Origin: Podarcis muralis
Taxonomy: Eukaryota
Length of the DNA: 64,000 nucleotides
NCBI RefSeq assembly: GCF_964188315.1
Contig: NC_135661.1
Span: 4,650,001-4,714,000, forward strand
Direction of reading: 5' to 3'
Shown one piece after another: positions 12,201 to 34,623 of the stretch (its first letter is position 1; each line of letters begins with the position of its first letter). The translations under genes were made by a program, and so were the position numbers. The notes beneath the pieces were generated by a model that saw only the letters and a list, made by a program, of their open reading frames with translations, ran no database searches and had not been told where the DNA came from.

Positions 12201-13123
12201 ACCCCAGTGCCCAAGTCCCACAATTCCCTGCTTCTTCCCCAGGAAGTACCACCGAGGGTTGCTGTCACAAGGAAAGGAGCTGGAAGGGCTGCTGCACATG
12301 TCTGTCCCTCTCAGCAAACAGGACCCTTGGATCAGGACCCTTTTGTCCTTACAGACCGACAAGAAGGAAGGCTGTGTGGAAATCCTGTGCTGTCACTTGG
12401 GCTTAAACTCAGCTCAGAGGAACTTACTTCGAAGTAAAGCATGCACAGGGATGGCAGTCCAATGTACACCTGGATGCAACAAAGCCCCCCTGAAATAAAT
12501 GGGGCCTGTTCTATATATGGGTTTGCAGCCAAATAGCCCTGGCTGGCTTAGACTTTGGCAAAGTTATTGATCCCTTCACAGCAGAACAGTAAAAAACCCC
12601 ACCTACCTACCTTTAGACGAGAAAGCCTTGATACTATCGGGTATATACATTCCTTTATACCGGTTTGTGGCTCAGGTGTGCTTTGAGGCCTCAGAGAATC
12701 ATGGAGCTGGAAGGGACCCGAGGGTCATCTAGTCCAAACCCCCCCCCCCCCCCGCAATGCAGGAATCCTGCCCTCCACTGTCCCCGGGTGGGCTCGAGCC
12801 AGGCACCCTGATCCACCGAAGCCACCTTGCCGGACACGCACTCTGCTCCTGCAGGCTGTTCTTTCTGCTAGGCCGCCAGCTGAGCAGCCCGGAGCCACCC
12901 GTGCATTTCGGACCCCCCCGCCCCGCCACGGCTGTGCCTGGGAGTAAGGCGGAGAGGCGCCCCCCCCCCCCGCACTTACCATGCCCCCCATCTCTCGGTC
13001 CTGGTCATCGGTCAGGATGAGCAGGATGTTGTCCTTGGCGCCCCCGCTCCGCGCTCCGGCCGCTGCTTCCTCCGCGGCCAGCAGAAGCCAGGCCGCCAGC
13101 AGGGCGCCCAGGGACCCCCCCAT
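524..13123 (-). CDS. N-acetylglucosamine-6-sulfatase-like (GNS paralogue), 3'-partial: join of exons 1-8, continues off the left edge
   Basis: Exons 12980-13123, 10209-10268, 9436-9639, 9221-9286, 4010-4108, 2214-2378, 1623-1705 and 524-642 are GT-AG bounded (exon 1 begins at ATG) and phase-compatible. They encode a signal peptide, LTDDQD, the CCPSR formylglycine motif, GKYLN and SDHGYH. Exon sizes match GNS as I recall them. Confidence 0.95.
1623..1705 (-). CDS. GNS-like exon 7 ([28 protein letters not shown])
   Basis: ccctgtatag acceptor, CG|gtaag donor, 83 nt. Close match to [16 protein letters not shown]. Confidence 0.93.
2214..2378 (-). CDS. GNS-like exon 6 ([10 protein letters not shown]...[14 protein letters not shown]...FNVHGK)
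   Basis: ctgcag acceptor, AAG|gtgagt donor, 165 nt, lies in ORF 2193..2456. Confidence 0.93.
3144..3361. mobile_element. Tc1/mariner(pogo/Tigger)-type MITE, copy 1
   Basis: TIRs cagcggtacctcgggtt / aacccaaggtaccactg with TA on both sides. Near-identical copies at 35821 and 61478. Confidence 0.85.
4010..4108 (-). CDS. GNS-like exon 5 ([33 protein letters not shown])
   Basis: ctttccatag acceptor, ATT|gtgagt donor, 99 nt. Confidence 0.94.
4299..4464 (+). mobile_element. tRNA-derived SINE, truncated at the CR1 junction
   Basis: tRNA-like head gctcagtggcagagc...cttcacccctggcatctccag. Similar to copies near 44820 and 45520. Confidence 0.6.
4465..5085 (+). CDS. CR1 ORF1 C-terminal SGNH-esterase domain (5'-truncated)
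   Basis: Motifs VIGDSLL, HVGTND and DGLHL. The frame is open from 4465; the listed ORF starts at a TTG (4531). Confidence 0.85.
   Translation, partial: GATDQVYEDEEQRQSSGNVQATLEPTAHRRTPTRPKRRRVVVIGDSLLRGTEAVICGPDKMSREVCCLPGAKIQDVTERLQGIIKPTDKYPFLLVHVGTNDTASNSLQKIKRDYEALGRKLKQLNAQIVISSVLPVERRGPGREGKIVEVNNWLRKWCKQERFGFLDHGMQFLEDGLLASDGLHLTTVGRNVFAKNPRNLIRRALN
5091..8012 (+). CDS. CR1 ORF2: APE endonuclease + reverse transcriptase, 973 codons uninterrupted
   Basis: YTNAQS, ITETW, GDFN and SDH (endonuclease); [25 protein letters not shown] and FADD (RT). First in-frame ATG at 5169. Confidence 0.96.
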   Translation: MGEGDSAPEGRSLSIDEDDHPNVIDRMEQRACRPSGGRRKSLNKRHGGMINGLQCLYTNAQSMGNKQDELELLVQQTKYDIIGITETWWDKSHDWNVIMEGYNLFQRNRPDKKGGGVALYVRDVYTCEEIQDLEPQSQSESIWVKIKGEKNKSDLIVGVYYRSPSQTEGIDDAFLEQMAKHAKGREIVVMGDFNYPDICWMSNSAKSIRSNRFLTALADNFIVQKVGEATRGTAILDLVLTNVDDLVSGVKVEGSLGASDHALLKFTIQRKGAAKHTRTQFLDFKKADFIKLREVLGEIPWTVILKGKGVQDGWEFVKREIVKAQLQAIPMRRKHGRCLKKPGWLSKELLTELRLKKDVYKKWKRGETTKEEFKQIASTCRHKVRKAKAQNELRLAREVKSNKKGFYGYVRSKRKNKETVGSLRGEDGEMQTGDTERAELLNAFFASVFSDKENNARPEEFGANDSAEETQPRITKEIVQEYLASLDVFKSPGPDELHPRVLKELADVISEPLAVIFENSWRTGEVPADWRRANVVPIFKKGKREDPNNYRPVSLTSIPGKILEQIIKQTVCEHLERNAVITNSQHGFLKNKSCQTNLISFFDRITSLVDEGNAVDVVYLDFSKAFDKVPHDILVKKLVKCGLDYATTQWICNWLTDRTQRVLINGSSSSWRRVTSGVPQGSVLGPVLFNIFINDLDDGLKGILIKFADDTKLGGVANTPEDRITLQNDLDRLENWAKTNKMNFNREKCKVLHLGKKNERHKYKMGDTWLESSTCEKDLGVLVDHKLDMSQQCDAAAKKANAILGLINRSIASRSREVIVPLYSALVRPHLEYCVQFWAPQFKKDTDKLERVQRRATKMVKGLEMMPYEERLRELGMFSLEKRRLRGDMIAMFKYIKGCHIEEGERLFSAAPEKRTRSNGSKLQERRFHLNIRKNFLTVRAVRQWNLLPRSVVESPSLEVFKQRLDNHMSGVL
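8590..8998 (+). mobile_element. tRNA-derived SINE with CR1-like 3' tail, split by the hAT MITE
   Basis: tRNA-like head (gatagctctgttggtttgagc...ggtttgatccc) and tail ggttggactagatgatcctcagggtcccttccaactctatg. Confidence 0.75.
8704..8951. mobile_element. hAT-type MITE nested in a CR1-tailed SINE
   Basis: 8-bp TSD gactagat (8696-8703, 8952-8959) and ends catggctggcaaac / gtttgctgacccctg. Sister copy at about 38743-38991. Confidence 0.85.
9168..9205. repeat. (GA)n microsatellite just inside GNS-like intron 4
   Basis: Direct read. Confidence 0.95.
9221..9286 (-). CDS. GNS-like exon 4 ([22 protein letters not shown])
   Basis: ctctatttcag acceptor, CTG|gtgagt donor, 66 nt. Confidence 0.94.
9436..9639 (-). 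CDS. GNS-like exon 3 ([23 protein letters not shown]...GKYLNQ), active-site exon
   Basis: ccctccag acceptor, CAG|gtaaag donor, 204 nt, intact C-x-P-S-R motif. Confidence 0.96.
10209..10268 (-). CDS. GNS-like exon 2 ([20 protein letters not shown])
   Basis: tctatctttcag acceptor, GCG|gtaagt donor, 60 nt. Confidence 0.94.
11473..12193. repeat. 91-bp inverted repeat pair (11473-11563 / 12103-12193), 4 mismatches, 539-nt spacer
   Basis: Hand alignment of arm 1 against the reverse complement of arm 2. Confidence 0.9.
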
Positions 13124-13500
13124 GGGAAGGCCGCCAGCAGCCGGCGCGGACCCGCAGAGACCCCTCGGCGCCCCGGCCTCTTTTCCGCCCAGCGCGTCCC
13201 TTTCGGTTCCCCCAGCGGGAGGGGCGGGGCCGCCGGAAGGGGGCGGGGCCAGGGCGGGTCCGCGGGCGCGCAGGAGCCGGGAAGCCAAGCTGCGCCCGCG
13301 CTGCCGCCGGACCTGGCGCCTGCTTCCGCGGTGAGTCCCCCTGGCCAGGACCCGGGACTCCCGCCGCCCCCCTTGGCCGCTCCCGGCCCGCCGAGCCCAC
13401 CTTGCGCGGGTGAAGCGGGAGGGGGGAGAGCTCGTGGGGATGCGTTCGCTCGCTGGACCCGCGCATCTTTTAGAGGGGCAGCAGCAGCACCCACCGTCTG
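12880..13500. promoter_or_regulatory. CpG island / promoter of the GNS-like gene, with GC boxes and G4-capable G-tracts
   Basis: Very GC- and CpG-rich. ggggcggggc at 13221 and 13240, and multiple G-runs over 13217-13258. Confidence 0.85.
12980..13123 (-). CDS. GNS-like exon 1 ([48 protein letters not shown])
   Basis: ATG at 13123, hydrophobic signal peptide, LTDDQD motif, ATG|gtaagt donor, 144 nt. Confidence 0.93.
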
Positions 13501-15130
13501 GAACAGGGCGAGGTTGGGCAGGAGCCTTTGCTGTACTTTTATCGACAGATATGTAGAATGCTGATATTATTTTAATCTGTTTTTAGCTTTTTATTGATCT
13601 TAAATTGTTTTTCAGTGTTACTGCATCCTGTGCCTGTTTTGACTGATGGTTTTATTCTTTCTGTAAGCTACTTTGAGTTTTTTCAACATACATTCAAGCA
13701 GTAGCTAAACTTTATGAAATAACTAAAAGCGAGTGAATGCAATAATTCTCCAGCTGAGCGTGGGTTCTCCTTGCCCTCCTCCCTCCATGAGGTCTTTCCA
13801 GGAACTGCCCCCTGGCCCCCATCCCCATCTTGGCTTCCTCGAGGGCCCAGGGGCCACATGCCCTGCTAGCCAACTTAGGGGCCCGGGACCCATAATAGTG
13901 GGCGGAGCAACGAATCCTGGGAGTTTCCCTTTGTACAGAAAGACCAGCCTCCTCACGGACACGCCCTTCTCCATCCCAGCCAAGAAGAGGCCTGTTGCCC
14001 TGGCCATTCAGGAACATACTCCAGCCAGACACAGACTCTGCATGAGGAGGAGTGTGTTAGGATGGGCAGAACTCAATTCCTTTGCTCAGTCTTGGATAGG
14101 ACATGGCTGTGTTTTCCTTACTGCCTCTGCTCTTCATCTCTTAGTAGCAGCCCGAGACTCGGGTTTCAGTTGCAAGGAAAAGCTTCCTCTGCTTAACTAT
14201 CTCCAGCAACATTCTAAGAGATAAAAAGTTTTAGCTAAGACTGCTATTCAAGATGCAAGAGAAAGGCAGGTAAAAAGCAATATACGCCTGGCATATATGA
14301 ATCTTATTATTCACTGGGAACATAGGAAATGGCATTAGGTGATGTGACACTATTCGACTCCCTAGTCCAGAGTTGTCTCTTCTGACTGGCAGCCCAAAAG
14401 AGCAACGCTATACCTGCCTACTCAGAAGTAAACCCCCATTGAGTCTGATAGGTCTTACTTGTAGGAAAGAGTGTCTAGGATTGCAGCCGACTGCTCTGCC
14501 CTTTTGTACAATTTCATGGATAGGAAAGCTGTCATCCTGAGCATATCCGTTTTGCAAACTTGCACCAGCAGGAAAATTAGGATTTCTCTTGTCCTCTTGC
14601 TGGACAGCTGGGACTAAATATTGTGCAGGCAGGTGAGGGGCTTCTTTTGACATAACCGTTAGATTAAATACTATGTGGCAGGGTTTCCGTTTTTAACTAC
14701 TATTTTGTTGATAGAAGGTTGGCCTGTCAAAATAATTCCTCTCCCTGCAATTTATTTATTTAATATCTATTATATCTTATTTCATAAAATTTATACACCG
14801 CCTGTTCATAAAAACCTCAGAGCTGTTTACAAAAGAAAAAACAGTAAAATCCAGAAAAATTACAACCCTACTTTAAAACAATCTGTGAACTTCCCTGAGA
14901 TCTTCAAATGGGCAGAATACGAATTTAATTAAAAAAATCTAAAAAGAAAAAGAAAATATACAGATTAAAATTACCTCAACTTTCTTAGCGTCTGGATAGG
15001 CTTGTTTAAACAAGAATGATTCGAGCAGGCACTGCAAATAGGGCGGGGGAGGCCCCTGCCCTCTTTGCCCCCGTCTCTCGATCTTGACCGCTTTCTTTCT
15101 TTTGGGGAAGGGCCTTCCTTCGCTAAGCCA

Positions 15131-27479
<12,349 letters not shown>

Positions 27480-27655
27480 TTTCTGCCATGCAAATCACCT
27501 ACGGAAATCACCCACGGAAATCACTGGCCCATCCAAGTGAAATGGGAACACATTCCAGCTCCTCTGAATTGCCTAGCACTCTTGCTGTTGGAACAGGAGA
27601 ACCTCTTGCCTTTTTACACTGATTTCAGAAATAGGCCTGTTGGATCAGAAACCTC

Positions 27656-27706
27656 TGTGTGTGTGTGTGTATGTGTGTGTGTGCGCGTGCGCGTGCGCAC
27701 GTACGC
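27656..27706. repeat. 51-nt alternating purine-pyrimidine tract, (TG)n grading into (CG)-rich, in the POLM 3' UTR
   Basis: Direct read. Confidence 0.9.
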
Positions 27707-27742
27707 CTGGGTGTCCTATTCTTTGTTCATGGATTTTAAGGA

Positions 27743-27748
27743 AATAAA
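27743..27748 (+). terminator. Likely POLM polyadenylation signal AATAAA
   Basis: First AATAAA after the stop codon, followed by T-rich sequence. Confidence 0.65.
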
Positions 27749-30700
27749 CAAGCACTTTTTTCTGTGTCTGTGCTGCCTCAGTTTCTGTCTTGAATTTTTC
27801 TTAGCACAGCAAATGGTGGAGGTAGCCTGTGTGTTTGCATGGTTCCTGTCACAGTTTGACTGCTTTGCAAATCTGCCCACAGGCCCAAAGGTGGGCCTTG
27901 CAAGTACAAGGGGATGCCTCATATTTTGCTTCTGTATTGGGGACTGGCAGGCAGGCAGGCAGGCATTCCCAGTGGGGCACAGTGCAGGGTTCCTGTGCTG
28001 GTTGCAGTGGGAGTGGAACAGGCCAGGCTCCCCTCGTTTGAGAGGCAGGTGCATGTTTGAAGGGAAGTGGGACTGGGTCTGTCCAGCCATTAGGCAGCAG
28101 GTGCTGGAGTAGCTGTGGGGTCCTGGAGGATAGAGCTGTGTGTGCCCCCCAAGTATCAGCAGCCAAGGGCAAGTCAGTAATAAGACACCTGGTGTCAGTG
28201 AAGTTAACTATTTCAGGAAACCAAAAGAGTGCAGGCCTAGTGATCCCAGCAACTCTTCCCAGTAGGTCTTGCCCCAATGAGGCCGTTGTGAGGACTGAAG
28301 GTCCCACCTTCCCACAGTTCCCCAAATTCCCTCTTCCTCTGGGTCCTTCCCCAGCAACCTGAGGCTCCTTCACCTGTCTCTTCATTTTGCTTCATGTTCT
28401 GGGAGACCAGGGGGAAGAGAGCTGCTTGCAGCAGGAGGGGGAGACCAGCTGGCTACTTGATCTCTGCCTCTTGACTTGATCCTCTGCAGCCTCTGGACTG
28501 CTCTCTGCCACAGCCTCTTCCTGCTCACTAAACCCAGTTGCCTTTTCCCTCTGACCACTCATTGGTGTCCCACCCCCAACCCCCTGGCTCTGAGTCTTCT
28601 TCCCCTGGGGGTTCCCCACCTGCTGCCTCCCACCTGCATCCAGCCAGTTCTGCGTAAGCTTGCTGCTTCTGCTGCTGCCGCCGCCCTTGTGGGTGATGCT
28701 CTCCTGCCACCAGTCTTCAATGAGATGCAACTGCCAGGCTGATCAGATTTTGGGCAAGGCAGGGTAGGGAACCCATTTTATCGTCCTGCTCAGGCAGCAA
28801 AATGTCTTGAGCCATCCCTGAAGGAGAAGTGTCTTCCTGAGCATTGTTTCTCAGAGCTGTTAAGAACCTTGAATGATAATAATAAACCACTTGCCCTCTT
28901 ATCCTGGAGAGCAACTGCTCCACTGGAGCTGACTAACGTTTGGTCTGCTCCTGTTGCTTTTCACTGGAATTTTTTTTGCTGTGATACATCTGGAGGATAA
29001 GGCTCTGCATGCGCTCTGACACCACTGCTGGAGGCAACATGCCTTCTGAATGCAACTTGCTATGGGTCACAATCAAGGAGAGGGCTCGTGCACTTGGTCC
29101 TGCTTGTGGACCTCTCAGAGGCGGTGGGTGGCCCCTGGGAGAACATGATGCTGGACCAGATGAACTTTGTGGCTGATCCAGCAAGGTGCATGCTTCAATG
29201 TAAACTGATTCTGCCCCTGAACATGTTTCTGAAGTCCCCCACCCCACACCTAAAAGAAGAGTTGGGATAGAGAGGTTACAAATATCACACCACCACCTTC
29301 TCTCTGACTGCGGCAGTTGCTGACCACCAACCCCGTGGTGGAAACAGGTCAAGCAGGTTGGACTTGGCATGGTTGGGCGCTGCTCTCGGGTGAGCCCACC
29401 TGCCTCCTTCCCTGTTCCAGTTAGCTCAAGATCTGCATGGTTGCGTGACTCCCCCACCCCAGTGGCACGGCTTCCGTGAGGGGGACCAGAGTCTTTGCTC
29501 CGTGCCCAGCTCTCCCCACCGCTAGGGACTCTGCCCAGTCAGATCCAATAAGCGTTCACCACTCTCCTGCTGCACGGACTTTGAGGGGGGTCTTGCATAT
29601 TTCATGGTGGTTCTTGCTGTGACCCTGGACCCACGACTCCTTGCCATAATCTGCTACCCTCCTCCCAAATGGATTATTTATGGCAGTGTACCCTCAACTT
29701 AATGGGGAAGCAACGGGTTTTCCGCTCCAATGCTTGGGTGGATGAACAAGGGCTTTTACTTCCCAATCTCCCACTCCTCCTGACTGCAAAATGTGCTCCA
29801 GGAGATCAGGCAGAGTTCAACTTCCTTCCTTGAAAGGTGGGTTACCTATGTAGGTGGATGGAAGTCTGGTTGGGTCGCAATTTTTAAGCAGTGTTTTTCC
29901 TGTTGGAGTCACCAGTGGGACATCATCTGGGCATAACATCTGTTTGCAACAAAGGGTCATAAAACATTTTTTGCCATGTGAAATATGTGACTTTGGTCAC
30001 GGTCCTTTTGTCCTCCTCTCTAGGGCTTTGTATACACAAGCATTTTTGGCAGGAGTTCTAACCCTGGCAGTTAGTGCACTTTGCCACCTTGAAGCATCCT
30101 CTCCCAGTCTTCTCCAGTGCGGTGCTCTCTAGTTGTTTTGGACGACAACTCCCATCGGCCCCAGTCAGCATGATCACATAGTGCTGGGGCGCATGGCTGA
30201 TGGCGCCAGGCTGGTTAAAGCAGAGGTTCATCTAGGTGTTCAGAAAATCCAGAATGAAAATGCACAGAGGGGGCTGGGCTGGGGTGCTGGATCCACTCCC
30301 TCGTGAGCAGGAGGACAACTCTTTGCCGGGGGAGCCTGCCTTGGCAAGTCCTGCTTTCCCTTTGTCCCTTAAGGTTAAGTCCCTTCCCTCTTTGACAGGG
30401 AGGTTAAGAGAACAAATTGCCCCCCCCATCCCTGCTTGCTTTGCCACTTAGATCAGAGGTGTGGAACATTTTTCAGCCAAAGGGCCGCACTCCCTCATGG
30501 AGAGCCTTCCAGGGGCCAATGGTGGGCAGGGCCAGGAGTCGAAAGTGGTGGAGAAAAAGGTGGGATGCTCACCATAGGCTACCTTTCAGCTGCCCAAAAG
30601 GCATACACAGCGCTCCATCGTTCATTCTGGCAAGTGAGGGGCATTGGAACCGTTCAAGCACACTGATGGGAGGGCGTGGGACAGGACTAGTGAGGTGCAT

Positions 30701-30801
30701 GGCCATGGGGCAGCGCCAGCTCCCAAGCCCTACAGTGTGACATTTTGCCCTGCAATGGGTGAGCAACAGAAAGCAATGCTGCTGTTTGGATCTGATGCTA
30801 T

Positions 30802-30804
<3 letters not shown>

Positions 30805-30854
<50 letters not shown>
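30805..30854. repeat. (GA)n microsatellite
   Basis: Direct read. Confidence 0.95.
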
Positions 30855-30856
<2 letters not shown>

Positions 30857-31002
30857 GCATCAAGCGTGTTAAACCTGTTGCTCAAAATTACCTGTTCAGA
30901 CCAAAATGGGAAAGGATGCCTTCTTAAGCAGAATTTACCTAGCTCTGAATCCAGTCTCATAGCTCAAAGCAATAGGAAGTTAATCAATGCTAGAAGCAGA
31001 TT

Positions 31003-34000
31003 CCCCTTCATGGACCACTGCCTTGCCGTGGCGAAGGGGCTTGAATAACTCAGAGAAGCTATGAACTACGCCGAGCAGGGCACACAAGATGAACAGGTCA
31101 TAGTGGAGAGTTTTGACCAAATGTGATCCACCTGGAGGAGGAACTGGCAAGCCACTCCAGTATCCCTGCCAAGAAAACTCCATGGACAAAGACAACAGGC
31201 ATATAAAAGTTATGACGCTGGAAGATGAGCCCCTCAGGTCGGAAGGCGTCCAACATGCTACTGGGGAAGAGCGGAGGACAAGTACAAGTAGATCCAGAGC
31301 TGATGAAGTGGCTGGGCCAAAGCCGAAAAGACGCTCAGTTGCAGATATGCCTGGAAACGAAAGGAAAGTCCAATGCTGTAAAGAAAAATATTGCATAGGA
31401 ACCTGGAATGTAAGAACCATGAACCTGGGTAAGTTGGATGTGGTCAAAAATGAGATGGCAAGAATAAATATTGACATCCTGGGCATCAGTGAACTAAAAT
31501 GGACGGGAATGGGCGAATTCAGTTCGGATGACCATCATATCTACTACTGTGGGCAAGAATCCCGTAAAAGAAATGGAGTGGCCCTCATAGTCAACAAAAG
31601 AGTGGCAAAAGCTGTACTGGGATTCAATCTCAAAAATGATAGAATGATCTTGATACGAATCCAAGGCAGACCTTTTAACATCACAGTAATCCAAGTTTAT
31701 GCACCAACTACTGGTGCTGAAGAAACTGAAATTGACCAATTCTATGAAGACTTACAACACCTTATAGAAATGACACCAAAGAAGGATGTTCTTCTCGTTA
31801 TAGGGGATTGGAATGCTAAAGTAGGGAATCAAGAGATAAAAGGAACAACTGGCAAGTTTGGCCTTGGAGTTCAAAATGAAGCAGGGCAAAGGCTAATAGA
31901 GTTCTGCCAAGAGAACAAGCTGGTCATCACAAACACTCTTTTCCAACAACACACGAGACGACTCTACACATGGACATCACCAGATGGGCAGCATCAAAAT
32001 CAGATTGAATATATTCTCTGCAGCCAAAGATGGAGAAGCTTTATACAGTCAGCAAAAACAAGACCTGGAGCTGACTGTGGCTCAGATCATCAGCTTCTTA
32101 TAGTAAAATTCAAGCTTAAACTGAAGAAAGTAGGAAAAACCACTGGGCCGGTAAGATACAATCTAAGTCAAATCCCTTATGAATACACAGTGGAAGTGAG
32201 GAACAGGTTTAAGGATTTAGATTTGGTGGACAGAGTGCCTGAAGAACTATGGACGGAGGCTCGTAACATTATACAGGAGGCAGCAACGAAAACCATCCCA
32301 ATGAAAAGGAAATGCAAGAAAGCAAAGTGGCTGTCCAACGAGGCCTTACAAATAGCGGGGGAGAGAAGGCAAGCAAAATGCGAGGGAGATAGTGAAAGAT
32401 ACAGGAAATTGAATGCAGATTTCCAAAAAATAGTAAGGAGATACAAAAGACCTTCTTAAATGAGCAATGCAAAGAAATAGAGGAAAACAACAGAATGGGA
32501 AGAACCAGAGATCTGTTCAAGAAAATCGGAAATATGAAAGGAACATTTCGTACAAAGATTACCATAATAAAGGACAAAAGTGGTAAGGACCTAACAGAAG
32601 CAGAAGACATCAAGAAGAGGTGGCAAGAATACACAGAGGAATTATACCAGAAAGATATGGATGTCTCGTACACCCCAGGTAGTGTGGTTGCTGACCTTGA
32701 GCCAGACATCCTGGAGAGTGAAGTCAAATGGGCCTTAGAAAGCACTGCTAATAACAAGGCCAGTGGAAGTGATGATATTCCAGCTGAACTATTTAAAATT
32801 TTAAACAATGATGCTGTTAAGGTGCTATACTCAATATGCCAGCAAGTTTGGAAAACTCAGCAGTGGTCAGAGGATTGGAGAAGATCAGTCTACATCCCAA
32901 TCCCAAAGAAGGGCAGTGCCAAAGAATGCTCCAACTACCGCACAATTGCACTCATTTCACACGCTAGCAAGGTTATGCTTAAAATTCTACAAGGAAGGCT
33001 TAAGCAGTATGTGGACGGAGAACTCCCAGAAGTGCAAGCTGGATTTAGAAGAGGCATAGGAACCAGAGACCAAATTGCAAACATGCGCTGGATTATGGAG
33101 AAAGCTAGAGAGTTCCAGAAAGACATCTACTTCTGCTTCATTGACTATGCAAAAGCCTTTGACTGTGTCGACCACAGCAAACTATGGCAAGTTCTTAAAG
33201 AAATGGGAGTGCCTGATCACCTCATCTGTCTTCTGAGAAATCTCTATGTGGGACAAGAAGCTACAGTTAGAATGGGATATGGAACAACTGATTGGTTCAA
33301 AATTGGGAAAGGAGTACAACAAGCCTGTATATTGTCTCCCTGCTTATTTAACTTATATGCAGAATACATCATGCGAAAGGCTGGGCTGGATGAATCCCTA
33401 GCCGGAATTAAGATTGCTGGAAGAAATATCAACAACCTCAGATATGCAGATGGCACAACCTTGATGGCAGAAAGTGAGGAGGAATTAAAGAACCTTTTAA
33501 TGAGGGTGAAAGAAGAGAGCACAAAATATGGTCTGAAGCTCAACATCAAAAAACGAAGATCATGGCCACTGGTCCCATCACCTCCTGGCAAATAGAAGGG
33601 GAAGAAATGGAGGCAGTGAGAGATTTTACTTTCTTGGGCTCCATGATCACTGCAGATGGTGACAGCAGCCATGAAATTAAAAGACGCCTGCTTCTTGGGA
33701 GAAAAGCAATGACAAACCCAGACAGCATCTTGAAAAGCAGAGACATCACCTTGCCAACAAAGGTCCGTATAGTTAAAGCCATGGTTTTCCCAGTAGTGAT
33801 GTATGGAAGTGAGAGCTGGACCATAAAGAAGGCTGATCGCCAAAGAATTGATGCTTTTGAATTATGGTGCTGGAGGAGACTCTTGAGAGTCCCATGGACT
33901 GCAAGAAGATCAAACCTATCCATTCTTAAGGAAATCAGCCCTGAGTGCTCACTAGAAGGATAGATCCTGAAGCTGGGCTCCAGTACTTTGGCCACCTCAT

Positions 34001-34225
34001 GAGAAGAGAAGACTCCTTGGAAAAGACCCTGATGTTGGGAAAGATTGAGGGCACAAGAAGAAGGGGATGACAGAGGACAAGATGGTTGGACAGTGTTCTC
34101 AAAGCTACCAACATGAGTTTGACCAAACTGCGGGATGCAGTGGAAGACAGGACAGCCTGGTGTGCTCTGGTCCTTGGGGTCACGAAGAGTTGGACACGAC
34201 TAAACGACTAAACAACAACAACAAA
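31003..34225 (+). mobile_element. RTE/BovB LINE, full length (about 3.2 kb), with 11-bp TSD
   Basis: TSD agaagcagatt at 30992-31002 and 34226-34236, BovB-type 5' UTR, EN+RT in three frame segments, (CAA)n tail. Confidence 0.95.
31212..34140 (+). pseudogene. BovB EN-RT ORF, disrupted
   Basis: ATG 31212; GTWNVRT, GDWNAKVG, SDH; CSNYRTIALISH, IDYAKAFD, LRYADG (YADD altered). Frameshifts near 32450 and 33550, TAG at 33961-33963. 3' end of the ORF approximate. Confidence 0.9.
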
Positions 34226-34277
34226 AGAAGCAGATTAATGACAAATCTTACCACCACAGTCCAAATTGCAAAAAGTC

Positions 34278-34577
34278 CCTCCAGGGACAAAGCACTTTTG
34301 GTAGTTCCACCGCCCACAGAAGCTTCGGGAGTTGGTGACCCAGGAAAGGGCCTTCTCTATGGTGGCACCTAAGCTGCCGAATTTGGTCTGGACAGAGGTG
34401 TGCCTGGAACCTTCTCTGTACACCTTTTGGTGAATGCTGAAGATGCACCCTCTGCCCTGCATATGAGATGTGTATTTCTAGAGAAAACGCACCCCCTTCT
34501 AGTGACTGTAATTTCACTAAGCTGTTTTTAATGTATTTGTTGTGACTTGCCCAGGGACCTTATGGTGAAGGGGGGCC

Positions 34578-34623
<46 letters not shown>
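34278..34623 (+). mobile_element. L2 LINE 3' end with (AAT)n tail
   Basis: agggccttctctatggtggcacctaagctg motif, then a T-rich 3' UTR and (AAT)n at 34578-34623. Confidence 0.7.

Noticed and set aside
12725-13564. Several long ORFs over the CpG island (e.g. 12725..13288, 13005..13466, 13012..13494)
   Set aside because: Stop-poor GC-rich DNA with non-ATG starts. Only 12980-13123 is supported as coding.
31040-31115. Twister ribozyme in the BovB 5' UTR
   Set aside because: Only fragments resemble twister (UAACUC, CAAG, GGAGAG). The two pseudoknots could not be built.
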